A program made the translations under genes and the position numbers. DNA of 52,876 bases. It comes from a virus. Its lineage: Duplodnaviria; Caudoviricetes. The notes beneath the pieces were generated by a model that was not told the DNA's origin, ran no database searches, and saw only the letters and a program-made list of their open reading frames with translations. Positions 19,994-27,760 of this stretch are shown here, in pieces. The stretch covers positions 1 to 52,876 of IMG/VR virus record IMGVR_UViG_3300030330_000436; one strand, given 5' to 3'. How positions within the stretch are numbered: the stretch's first letter is position 1; each line of letters begins with the position of its first letter.

Positions 19994-20345
19994 AAAATAG
20001 AGAGTCTTTCTTGTGAAGGCACTCCCTCTTTTCCCCTAGATAACACAGAGACGGTTACTCTGCACATAAACACACGGTATTGAGTGCATCACAGTTTGCT
20101 ATATTTTACTCCGTGTTAGAACTTCGCCGTAAAAGTATCATTTGCAACTGATAATCTTTAGTCGGGTCTAACTCGCCGTATGCAAAATAGGGAGTCTTTC
20201 TTGTGAAGGCACTCCCTCTTTTCCCACCAATTTTTATTTTGTGTCGTTATTGGCTTAACCGCTCGAAAGCTCGACATTGTATCTAGCACCCGCTCCTCAC
20301 ACTAGATACCGCAGAGACGGTTACTCTGCACCCAATAGACTATTG
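19994..20345 (-). ncRNA. Putative structured RNA cassette with duplicated hairpin modules
   Basis: ORF-free ~365-nt spacer made almost entirely of stems. Module A at 20302-20331 and 20036-20065 (28/30 identical). Module B at 20184-20225 and 19994-20035 (41/42). Stem differences are G-C to G-U on the minus strand. Confidence 0.65.
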
Positions 20346-20771
20346 CTAGTCTAACTCGTCGCCACCGCCTTTTACATAATCTGGCTCTGGCTCAAGGTCT
20401 TCATTGCCTTCATACTGGACCCATTCCAAAACCATAACTTGATTAAGTCCAGCACCTACACCTGACTTATTTTTATAAGTCCAATTATAAGGATTAATAG
20501 AAGCTTTTACTTTACTTCCATTACCGATAGCGCGGGTTTCATCCCACGGATTACCAGCAGCGTCTACGACACGAATACGTCGTCCTGACTTTGCCGTAAT
20601 AAAATCACCGTGATCTTCCTTTTTGCCTTCGCCTGTCTTAACTTCAAGACCTGCTCCGGTCAAATCACGGATAGCATCCTTATCCAACTGTCCAATGTTC
20701 ATTTCAAACTTATTCGACATTTGGTTTGGTTGAAACAAATTAGGGTAAAAAGCTGTACCATATACAATCAT
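20346..20771 (-). CDS. ssb: Single-stranded DNA-binding protein (T7 gp2.5-like)
   Basis: IRVVDAAGNPW...IGNGSKV...GVGAGLNQVMVLEWV with an acidic tail. Start ATG 20771 follows AAGGAAGGA. Confidence 0.8.
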   Translation of the reverse strand: MIVYGTAFYPNLFQPNQMSNKFEMNIGQLDKDAIRDLTGAGLEVKTGEGKKEDHGDFITAKSGRRIRVVDAAGNPWDETRAIGNGSKVKASINPYNWTYKNKSGVGAGLNQVMVLEWVQYEGNEDLEPEPDYVKGGGDELD

Positions 20772-20808
20772 GGATATTCCTTCCTTCTTGATAAGAGTTA
20801 ATGTAGTC

Positions 20809-20837
20809 GTTTTAGACGATCCGATCTTCTGTGTCAA
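20809..20837 (-). promoter_or_regulatory. Sigma70-type promoter for ssb and the downstream RNA cassette
   Basis: TTGACA-N17-TAAAAC on the minus strand in the polA-ssb gap. Confidence 0.45.
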
Positions 20838-20841
20838 CACC

Positions 20842-22563
20842 CTAATGTGTGTCGGCCCAAGAAAATCCGATCTTTGCTTCAGCATCCATCTGAACACGTA
20901 ACTTCAACAGATGCCCTGCTTCGCGAATAGAGGACTGTGCCAGTTCTGCTACTCGCTCCGCATCTTGGTGATGAACTTCAAACTGTAGCTCATCGTGAAT
21001 AGTATTTACTAATTTAGCGCGTAGGCGCTCTTTTTCGATGGCTTTGTCCATACAAATAGACCACTGTTTACACAGTATAGCACCACCACCTTGCAACAGC
21101 GTGTTTAAAGCTGCGTGAGAGCTTCGTACGTACAGTCTACGCCCGTCGATACCTCGAATGTACCCACGATCTGAAACTTGCTCTACACGCGCTAAAAGGT
21201 TTTGTAGGCTAGGCATGTTGTTTAGAAACCGCTGGCGTATTACACCACCCTGTGACTGACTTAGGTTAAGTATGGAGCCTAACTTAGAAGGGCTGGCACC
21301 ATACAAAAATGCATAGATAAACGTCTTTGCCAAAGCTCTGTCATCTATATCCAAAGCTTGCATAGTCACAGTGTGCGGATCACCGTTCACAACCTCTTCA
21401 GCGTACGCGTCGTCTTGCATGTAGTGAGCAAGCATACGAAGTTCTAAACCTTGAGCGTCCATGCCGCAGATACGGTAGTCGTTGCTTGGCACAGTCCAAC
21501 ACTCTCTACTTTGCTTACCATATGGTTTGTATACAGCAACGATGTTTGCCATGTTAGGGTCAGCATGTGTCATGCGACCAGTAACTGCACCTAGAGTAAA
21601 TACTTTACCGTGTACACGACCATCGTTGCCTAACGCATTTAGCCAAGACTCTACAGTTTTCCAGCGTGTCTCAAGCATCTTCCATTCAGATAACTTCTTT
21701 GCAGGTTCCGGTGCAGTGTCTGGCAGTGTCGCTAGATTAGCTTCGGATACTTTCGGTGCGCCTTTTGGTGTAAACTCTGTGGGTTTCCAGCCAGCCTTAT
21801 CCATGCGCTCTACTACTTGTTTGTGTGATGCAGGATTAAACTCCTCAAAGTCGATAGACCAAAAGGGTCCACCGATATCGTTGTACTGAAACTGGCGTAG
21901 ACCTACTTTAGATATGTCGCCATTCTTTGTGTACTTTGGCAGATCAGTACGTAGAACTTTTACTTTTGGTGCGAAGTACTTTTTGATGTTCGCTTTAATT
22001 GTGTCTGCTTTAGATTGAGTTTCAACAAGCAGGTCCACAGCTTTCTTTTGATCCAAGTAGAAGCCGTACCTTGATTGGCGGGAAATAATGTCAGCGATAG
22101 CATGTTCTAACTCTATACTTTGTTGTGAAAAATCTACACCCTCTTGTAAAAGGTGTTTATATAACTGTACTGTGATGTATACATCTTGTTCACAATACTC
22201 TCGCATCTCCTCAGAGTACGCATCAAATTTATTAAAATCTATCTTGCCATAACCAAGACGCTCGCCCCATGCGCCAAGACTATGCCCACCAGAACGGTCA
22301 GGATTAAAAAGTCTGGATAGCACAAGAGTGTCAACTTTACTTTTAATCTCAAGGTGCCAAAGCTTCTCCAGAACCGGGAAATCAAAGTCAATACCATTGT
22401 GAGCAATGAACGTATCCTTTTCTAAATCAACAGCAGCAACAAAAGACGCAGCATCACGAAAGGAGCGTATGTCTTTATCATTATCCACATCGCAGATACA
22501 AACAACCCAAATACGGGTAGCATCTAAACTATCTGCTTCAAGATCAATAACATAACGTGTCAT
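20842..22563 (-). CDS. polA: Family A DNA polymerase with 3'-5' exonuclease (Tyr762 type)
   Basis: IDLEAD, AHNGIDFD, YCEQDV, DAQGLELRMLAHY, RALAKTFIYAFLYG and TIHDE motifs. Confidence 0.95.
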   Translation of the reverse strand: MTRYVIDLEADSLDATRIWVVCICDVDNDKDIRSFRDAASFVAAVDLEKDTFIAHNGIDFDFPVLEKLWHLEIKSKVDTLVLSRLFNPDRSGGHSLGAWGERLGYGKIDFNKFDAYSEEMREYCEQDVYITVQLYKHLLQEGVDFSQQSIELEHAIADIISRQSRYGFYLDQKKAVDLLVETQSKADTIKANIKKYFAPKVKVLRTDLPKYTKNGDISKVGLRQFQYNDIGGPFWSIDFEEFNPASHKQVVERMDKAGWKPTEFTPKGAPKVSEANLATLPDTAPEPAKKLSEWKMLETRWKTVESWLNALGNDGRVHGKVFTLGAVTGRMTHADPNMANIVAVYKPYGKQSRECWTVPSNDYRICGMDAQGLELRMLAHYMQDDAYAEEVVNGDPHTVTMQALDIDDRALAKTFIYAFLYGASPSKLGSILNLSQSQGGVIRQRFLNNMPSLQNLLARVEQVSDRGYIRGIDGRRLYVRSSHAALNTLLQGGGAILCKQWSICMDKAIEKERLRAKLVNTIHDELQFEVHHQDAERVAELAQSSIREAGHLLKLRVQMDAEAKIGFSWADTH

Positions 22564-22612
22564 CGTTTATTCCTGTTAAAAAAGGTACTAGTAATGACGA
22601 GGGTAGGTGGGG

Positions 22613-22885
22613 TCAAAGGGGAGGAGCTACCTCTATGAGATCATCTATGTACTCTTGGAAATCTATAGCACTTTCATATTGGTCCTGTCTACCCTTTTTG
22701 ATGTAGGATACCTCTTCCTTGTTTGGGCCTATCAGAGTATGTACATATACAAACCTGTACAAACCCGACTCTTGATTAAATTTTAACCTTCTATATCCAC
22801 GATACGAGAAACCTTTGTAATCTATTGTTACCTCATAATCTTTTTCTCGTTTCATAAAAGGAAACTCTATTTGTTTTTCATACAT
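22613..22885 (-). CDS. Hypothetical protein
   Basis: 90-aa ORF in the operon, with GAGGAG-like upstream signal. Confidence 0.5.
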   Translation of the reverse strand: MYEKQIEFPFMKREKDYEVTIDYKGFSYRGYRRLKFNQESGLYRFVYVHTLIGPNKEEVSYIKKGRQDQYESAIDFQEYIDDLIEVAPPL

Positions 22886-23397
22886 TCTTCTATTAGCTCC
22901 TTTATCGTTTGTAATTCATTTATTTTTATATTATAACAATCTGCTTTTACCTGATATCCGTTTGTAGGGTCTATAGTTCCCTTCTTCCAAAACTTAGCAG
23001 TGTCAAAGAATTGTTCTTTAACCACACCGCCAAGTATAAACCCTCTGTCAAAGCTGTGCATAACTCTACAAAATACATAAGCGTCACACTTTTGTTTTGT
23101 ATTATATGCAGGAATTGTACAATCATACTCACCTTTCGGCGTAACACTTGTTGACTTCGTTTTAACGTCGATACGTACAGCTTTATCTACCATAAAATCA
23201 TAATCGTACGTGTCATGTGTGTCTACTTTATAAAATGGAGAAGCATATTTTTTAAACATAGCTTCGCCTAAGTAGCCATACATATTACCTTTACCTTTTG
23301 CTATCGAGTGTTTAAGAACACCTAGCTCTTTTGATTTATTAGACGCACCATCTCTCATTTTAGAAGTAATATTCATAGTAACAAAATCTTCACTCAT
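22867..23397 (-). CDS. Putative PD-(D/E)XK-fold nuclease-like protein
   Basis: GYLGE...YDYDF...RIDVKTK...CDAYVFCRV. Start set at ATG 23397. Confidence 0.55.
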   Translation of the reverse strand: MSEDFVTMNITSKMRDGASNKSKELGVLKHSIAKGKGNMYGYLGEAMFKKYASPFYKVDTHDTYDYDFMVDKAVRIDVKTKSTSVTPKGEYDCTIPAYNTKQKCDAYVFCRVMHSFDRGFILGGVVKEQFFDTAKFWKKGTIDPTNGYQVKADCYNIKINELQTIKELIEECMKNK

Positions 23398-23575
23398 TTT
23401 GAGGATACTCCACAGTTTCACCAAATGATTTTATTTTACCAATAAAGTTTGCATGGTCCATAAGCATATTCATAAGTGCCTGTCTAGTTACTTTTACTTC
23501 TTTTGCGTTTTTACGTGCTTTATCTACAGCAAGGTGTAGAGAGTCGAAGTCTGTATCGCTTGTGTATATTTTCAT
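23390..23575 (-). CDS. Conserved small phage hypothetical protein
   Basis: 61 aa (LHLAVDKARKNAKEVKVTRQALMNMLMDH), coupled to its neighbours. Confidence 0.6.
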   Translation of the reverse strand: MKIYTSDTDFDSLHLAVDKARKNAKEVKVTRQALMNMLMDHANFIGKIKSFGETVEYPQNE

Positions 23576-24078
23576 TATATCGTAAACTCGTTAGGGTTTT
23601 CCCACCACCACGGCGTTTCAGAGTATTGCCATTTTGCAAAGTCTGCTTTCTCTCCTTTGTAATAATGACGATACGCTACTACAGAATTACCCTTTACCTT
23701 ATATTCATCAGGCATACATTGTGGTGGTTCAGTGAAAGGTTTAGTCTCTATGTCTGTAGGACACAGTTCTAGTTCTGCACGTAGTCTTTCACATGCATGT
23801 ATCTTACCATATCTTTTTGTGTATTCTGTCAACAGCTTTTCATAAAGATTGTACAGCCATCTGTATTGCACATACGACTCTCTAGCCCATTTTGTGCTAG
23901 GATGGTTTTTATATGCAAGTTTATACAAACCTTTATCATTGCAGTAATCTTCACCACTAAGAAGTCTGTGCGCTGTACATAACATCTGTGCTGATTCTAG
24001 TATCATTTTTACAACGTGTTTGTCGCAATGATATTCAGCAGCACGTACAGGGTCTTTGTCTAGATAGAAGATATTCAT
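23575..24078 (-). CDS. Pyrimidine-dimer DNA glycosylase / endonuclease V-like protein
   Basis: MNIFYLD...HCDKHVVKMILESAQML...NHPSTKW...PPQCMPD...AYRHYY. Start ATG 24078. Confidence 0.8.
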   Translation of the reverse strand: MNIFYLDKDPVRAAEYHCDKHVVKMILESAQMLCTAHRLLSGEDYCNDKGLYKLAYKNHPSTKWARESYVQYRWLYNLYEKLLTEYTKRYGKIHACERLRAELELCPTDIETKPFTEPPQCMPDEYKVKGNSVVAYRHYYKGEKADFAKWQYSETPWWWENPNEFTI

Positions 24079-24079
24079 G

Positions 24080-24268
24080 TCACGTTTCCTGTTCAGTCTC
24101 GTTGTAGATTTTGTCAATCTGATCTTTTGTCAATCGCTTACGTTTATGCTTTATCTTTTTTGATTCCACAACACGCTTACGAAACATAGGATCAGATAGG
24201 CTTGCCGCTGAAAGATTACGTCTTTTCTTTTGGCGCTGCAAGTCTTTTTGCACTCTTCGATAACCCAT
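24080..24268 (-). CDS. Small basic hypothetical protein
   Basis: MGYRRVQKDLQRQKKRRN...PMFRKRVVESKK. First gene after the leftward promoter. Confidence 0.55.
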   Translation of the reverse strand: MGYRRVQKDLQRQKKRRNLSAASLSDPMFRKRVVESKKIKHKRKRLTKDQIDKIYNETEQET

Positions 24269-24292
24269 TGTTTTCCCAACTATTTTTTTTGG

Positions 24293-24340
24293 TTGACAAG
24301 GACTTGTAGGATAGTATACCCTATGGGATCGATTTGTCAA
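24293..24340. promoter_or_regulatory. Overlapping divergent sigma70 promoters separating the replication and early modules
   Basis: Plus strand TTGACA(24293)-N16-TATACC. Minus strand TTGACA(24340)-N16-TATACT. Both -10 boxes overlap the GTATAC palindrome, exactly at the strand switch. Confidence 0.7.
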
Positions 24341-24352
24341 CTGGAGTTAATT

Positions 24353-24487
24353 ATGTTGATTAACTATTATTATTTTCTTTTCCGTTTCTATCTGTTATTG
24401 GGTAGGCAGATGGCAAGAATAGATAGTTATCTTTATCGTAAACAAAAAACTTATCTTGATCTATACAGAGAAAGGAAAGACAAATGA
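24353..24487 (+). CDS. Small hypothetical protein (44 aa)
   Basis: GGAG SD, ATG 24353, ATGA coupling to the next gene. Confidence 0.45.
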   Translation: MLINYYYFLFRFYLLLGRQMARIDSYLYRKQKTYLDLYRERKDK

Positions 24488-24729
24488 TTGTCAACGGTGT
24501 TACAACAGAGATCAAAGAACGTGCAGACGGTATGTTTAATGTGTGGCAAAAACATGCTCTCTCTTGGTACGATGCAGACTTTGAGGAGTGGCTACGAGAA
24601 AGCGATAACGGCCACGACCCAGAGATGTGGGTTGTGACTGATGTTCTTACCAAAGAACAGAAAGAACTTGTAGACTTTGTACAGGAGTCTGACGTTCCCG
24701 TAAAGTTTGAATTTACCTTAGAGAATTAG
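24484..24729 (+). CDS. Hypothetical protein
   Basis: 81 aa with AAGGA SD. Confidence 0.6.
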   Translation: MIVNGVTTEIKERADGMFNVWQKHALSWYDADFEEWLRESDNGHDPEMWVVTDVLTKEQKELVDFVQESDVPVKFEFTLEN

Positions 24730-24731
24730 GC

Positions 24732-24896
24732 ATGTGGTTGAGAAATATATTGTTGTGTATGCCATGCCTAATTGCTCTTGTTGTAATGGTGTGGACATAT
24801 CATTTTATGACAAGCTGTAAAGCTAATCTTGACACTATCTATGAACGGTATGATGACCTTTACAGAAATTATTATCACTTTCCGAAGGAGCCTTAA
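24732..24896 (+). CDS. Small membrane protein (54 aa, not in ORF track)
   Basis: MWLRNILLCMPCLIALVVMVWTYHF...; fills the gap between neighbours. Confidence 0.45.
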   Translation: MWLRNILLCMPCLIALVVMVWTYHFMTSCKANLDTIYERYDDLYRNYYHFPKEP

Positions 24897-24900
24897 TAGT

Positions 24901-25071
24901 ATGGTTAAAGGACATATAGAAGGTAAGCGAAGGTTACGTAGAATAATATGTGGTTTTGAACAAGATACGTTTGACCATATCGTAAGAGTAGCAGAGACTG
25001 CTGGTGTCAGTGTGTCTGAAGTAATCAGAACTTATGTAGAGTGGGGAATGGAAAGTGAACAGAATGACTAA
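24901..25071 (+). CDS. Ribbon-helix-helix (CopG-like) DNA-binding protein
   Basis: RIICGFEQDTFDHIVRVAETAGVSVSEVIRTYVEWG fits an RHH pattern. AAGGAG SD precedes ATG 24901. Confidence 0.6.
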   Translation: MVKGHIEGKRRLRRIICGFEQDTFDHIVRVAETAGVSVSEVIRTYVEWGMESEQND

Positions 25072-25243
25072 ACGTCATTGTATTTTATTGGTTGTTTTGT
25101 CAATGATAATTCTTTTATCAGCGGGATGTATGGTGCTTACAACTGGTGTATCGATTATTTCGTCAGTAATAGACAGGTATGAGAAATACAAAATAGAAGA
25201 ACGTCTTGAGGAGTTGGAGTCTTTGTCAACAGATAAAGAATAA
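25064..25243 (+). CDS. Small putative lipoprotein
   Basis: MTKRHCILLVVLSMIILLSAG-C: basic N-terminus, hydrophobic core and lipobox. Confidence 0.5.
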   Translation: MTKRHCILLVVLSMIILLSAGCMVLTTGVSIISSVIDRYEKYKIEERLEELESLSTDKE

Positions 25244-25267
25244 GCTTTTGTCAATTCAGGAAGGATT

Positions 25268-25528
25268 TTGTCAACGATGACTAGCCCAGAGCATGTATTT
25301 TTTGTCAACTGTAAATTTTGTCAATTGTACATTCCAACATCGAGAGCGCGTGACTTTACTTTTATGAATGATAAAAAAGAGTTAAGCCATGTTATTATTA
25401 GCAGCAAGACTGTAAAGTTTACTTGTAACGAATGCAACTACAGATCAGAATCTTTGATGTATACAAAAAGCTATGTAGAGAAAGCATTGCGTAGACTTTG
25501 TACAAAGAAAACTCTTGACAACTCTTGA
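25268..25528 (+). CDS. Hypothetical protein with two CxxC pairs (possible Zn ribbon)
   Basis: CKFC...CNEC. Start uncertain. Confidence 0.45.
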   Translation: MSTMTSPEHVFFVNCKFCQLYIPTSRARDFTFMNDKKELSHVIISSKTVKFTCNECNYRSESLMYTKSYVEKALRRLCTKKTLDNS

Positions 25529-25543
25529 TTACTAATTTATAAA
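25515..25543 (+). promoter_or_regulatory. Sigma70-type promoter
   Basis: TTGACA-N17-TATAAA upstream of ATG 25576. Confidence 0.55.
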
Positions 25544-25575
25544 GATTGACCAACTACTTAAACGGAGTAATAGAT

Positions 25576-25782
25576 ATGAAATACACAGAAATGGCTCAAC
25601 GTGAGATTTATAATCTTGTCTCAACTTATGTATGGCAACTACAAAAAGGCACAATTACCTTAGATAAGTTTGACGATAAAGAATTAACAGAAGCACAACA
25701 GGAAAGACTTGTTAAAGCGTTAGCAAAGGAGGTTGACAAGCTAGGTTATAAGTTAGAGAGTATTGGTGTTGTCGTAGTTTAA
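25576..25782 (+). CDS. Hypothetical protein
   Basis: GGAG SD then MKYTEMAQRE... Confidence 0.6.
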   Translation: MKYTEMAQREIYNLVSTYVWQLQKGTITLDKFDDKELTEAQQERLVKALAKEVDKLGYKLESIGVVVV

Positions 25783-25797
25783 ACAGGAGTGCAAGTT

Positions 25798-26493
25798 ATG
25801 CAGACAGTACACATAAGCAAGCTTAATGGTAAGCTTCAAGATTTTCAAGCAATTAGTGTAAACACTATCACTAATAAATTTTGCCAAGACATGCACAATA
25901 CAAAGCGTGACGACGTTATTTGTAGAAAGTGTTACAGCTTCGCTACGCTTGAAAGTAAACGCTTTGGAAACAATCTAGAGAATGCATTGCAGCGCAATAG
26001 CGATCTATTATCTAAGCCTTTAGATGAAGATTGTGTACCTTTTATAAATGCAGCTTACTTTCGTTTCAATGCTCATGGTGAGCTTATCAATCGTGTACAC
26101 TTTGAGAACCTTATATTGATTGCAAGGAATAATTCTCACTGCAAGTTTGCATTGTGGACAAAGCGTAAAGATATTGTAAACTTAGTTAAACGTGATTTGG
26201 AACAAGAAGGAAGGCGCTTTCCTAATAATCTTATTCTAGTATGGTCTAATCCCATTGTTAATGACGTACACTTTAACCCGCCACAAGGTTTTGATTATGT
26301 GTTTAATAATGTAACGTATGACGAGGCAGATATTATATATAAAGATCGTGTGAGAGGTGGGTATGCGATGGCTATAAACGCTGTAGCTGATAAACATTAT
26401 AAGCCATGCACGGGTCAGAAGTGTAAAGACTGTTTAAACTGTTATGAATTTCACGGCAATCCCTGCGTTATAGAAAAAGTAAAGAATAGATGA
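25798..26493 (+). CDS. GP88-like Cys-rich phage protein
   Basis: NGKL...C...ICRKCYS...YFRFNAHGE...FALWTK...CTGQKCKDCLNCY. Confidence 0.6.
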   Translation: MQTVHISKLNGKLQDFQAISVNTITNKFCQDMHNTKRDDVICRKCYSFATLESKRFGNNLENALQRNSDLLSKPLDEDCVPFINAAYFRFNAHGELINRVHFENLILIARNNSHCKFALWTKRKDIVNLVKRDLEQEGRRFPNNLILVWSNPIVNDVHFNPPQGFDYVFNNVTYDEADIIYKDRVRGGYAMAINAVADKHYKPCTGQKCKDCLNCYEFHGNPCVIEKVKNR

Positions 26494-26744
26494 CGACTAA
26501 AAAACGCATTCATGTTAATATGCATAAAGTTAGAGCCAACAAAAAAAACGGAACTAATGATCCAGTGATTACTGTGAAAACATCAAAAGAAAACATTTAT
26601 GGTTCTGATGTAACGATATTAGGAGAGAGTCGGGTTGTATACAGTCCTGATAAACCTTTATCGTGTGGTGCTAGAGTGTGGATAGAAACTACCTCTGAAG
26701 TAATCATATCAAACGAACAGAATGAAAAAAGGAGTTTAAAGTAG
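26490..26744 (+). CDS. Conserved phage hypothetical protein
   Basis: RIHVNMHKVRANKK...PVITVK...VVYSPDKPLSCGARVWIET. Confidence 0.7.
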   Translation: MTTKKRIHVNMHKVRANKKNGTNDPVITVKTSKENIYGSDVTILGESRVVYSPDKPLSCGARVWIETTSEVIISNEQNEKRSLK

Positions 26745-26748
26745 TATC

Positions 26749-26997
26749 ATGAATAATTGGCGTGTAGTACACGAACGTAGTGGCTGGTATGGTTATACCG
26801 ATACGGACAAAGAAGTTTGTAAGTTCCTTAGAGAACAATTGCAATCTATCTTAGATCACAAGTATGGTTTAGGCGAAGTGTGGTCGAAACATTATGCAGA
26901 AACAATCGTTGACGAAGCGTCACATGTTCTGCTAGACATGTCGCAGGAGATAGCTGAACAAAGAGAAAGGGATGAGAAAGATGATTACTCGTACTGA
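26749..26997 (+). CDS. Hypothetical protein
   Basis: 82-aa ORF in the operon. Confidence 0.55.
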   Translation: MNNWRVVHERSGWYGYTDTDKEVCKFLREQLQSILDHKYGLGEVWSKHYAETIVDEASHVLLDMSQEIAEQRERDEKDDYSY

Positions 26998-27319
26998 TAA
27001 AGATATGACTTTCGCAGAATACGTCGCCTCGAATGTAGGCGATAAGTTCTTCACTGTTACCTTTGTAAAGGCTAACGGTGAGGAGCGGGTATTAACTGGC
27101 AGGCTTGGCGTGACTAAACATACAGTCAGCGGCAAGACTAAGGACATACACAATAATTATTTGTGTGTGTATGATGTTAATAAAAAGGGTTATCGCAATG
27201 TCAATCTTAACACTATTCGTAAGATTGAATGCGGTGACTTTAAGATATCGTGTCCGTTTGGCTATAGGCAAATGACGCACGAAGAGTTTAGCGTTTTGTC
27301 AGACATGGAGGCTATATAA
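26981..27319 (+). CDS. SH3/WYL-like beta-barrel phage protein (DUF2693-like)
   Basis: FFTVTFVKANGEERVLTGRLGV...VYDVNKKGYRNVNL. Confidence 0.6.
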   Translation: MITRTDKDMTFAEYVASNVGDKFFTVTFVKANGEERVLTGRLGVTKHTVSGKTKDIHNNYLCVYDVNKKGYRNVNLNTIRKIECGDFKISCPFGYRQMTHEEFSVLSDMEAI

Positions 27320-27516
27320 TGGCTGGCGAAAGATTAACTTTTATATGGAACGATGACTATGGTGATGCTAGGCCATCTAAAACTACGAGTGACATTTTTA
27401 AAAGATGGAATACATTTTGTGAACAAGACCCTAATTATTCTGTATACTGCACAGACTTTTTGTCAGATGTAATCTGTGAACTACAGGAAAAGTATGATTA
27501 TTTTTGTCAACGATAA
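27319..27516 (+). CDS. Hypothetical protein
   Basis: 65 aa, GGAGG SD, TAATG coupling. Confidence 0.55.
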   Translation: MAGERLTFIWNDDYGDARPSKTTSDIFKRWNTFCEQDPNYSVYCTDFLSDVICELQEKYDYFCQR

Positions 27517-27551
27517 CTTTTGTCAATGCTAACTTTTGTCAATGCTAACTT
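27502..27551. repeat. Three 16-bp-period tandem units containing TTTTGTCAA
   Basis: TTTTGTCAAcgaTAAC TTTTGTCAAtgcTAAC TTTTGTCAAtgcTAAC. Confidence 0.9.
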
Positions 27552-27586
27552 AAAAGGGCCGGGTGATAATTCTTCCCGGCCTTTCT
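27552..27586. terminator. GC-rich hairpin, probably a bidirectional intrinsic terminator
   Basis: AAAAGGGCCGGG-loop-CCCGGCCTTT. Confidence 0.65.
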
Positions 27587-27595
27587 CATGCCGGG

Positions 27596-27652
27596 CGGCT
27601 CGGCTCGGCTCGGCTCGGCTCGGCTCGGCTCGGCTCGGCTCGGCTCGGCTCG
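27596..27652. repeat. Pentanucleotide microsatellite (CGGCT)11
   Basis: Eleven perfect copies at 27596-27650, plus CG. Confidence 0.95.
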
Positions 27653-27688
27653 TCTTCGCTTGTGTTCAATGTCTACAAAAATAAACGC

Positions 27689-27717
27689 TTGCAATCGCTT
27701 CGCACCGCCCCTATTCT
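27689..27717 (+). promoter_or_regulatory. Sigma70-type promoter of the DUF932 gene
   Basis: TTGCAA-N17-TATTCT with an upstream A-tract. Confidence 0.55.
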
Positions 27718-27760
27718 ATGCTCGTACCCATTAACCGTAATAAACAGGAGAAATCGAAAG

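Noticed and set aside
20116-20152. tmRNA-like tag frame on the minus strand: AUCAGUU GCA AAU GAU ACU UUU ACG GCG AAG UUC UAA (ANDTFTAKF)
   Set aside because: It resembles an alphaproteobacterial resume context, but there is no tRNA-like domain (no acceptor stem or T-arm with CCA on that strand) and no terminal Ala-Ala. The same bases are explained by a GCAA-capped hairpin. An ARAGORN or Rfam run would settle it.
19994-20331. Mini-CRISPR array next to a Cas4-like gene
   Set aside because: There are two different repeats with only two copies each, separated by 0, 76 and 118 nt of structured sequence. No regular repeat-spacer period, and no cas1/cas2 or effector genes.
25095-25324. Pho boxes
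   Set aside because: The TGTCA cores lack the 11-bp tandem periodicity of PhoB sites, and no phosphate-related genes are present.
27563-27760. ORF-track N-terminal extension of DUF932 with ARLGS repeats
   Set aside because: It is read-through of the CGGCT tract. The promoter, SD and family-typical N-terminus all point to ATG 27761.
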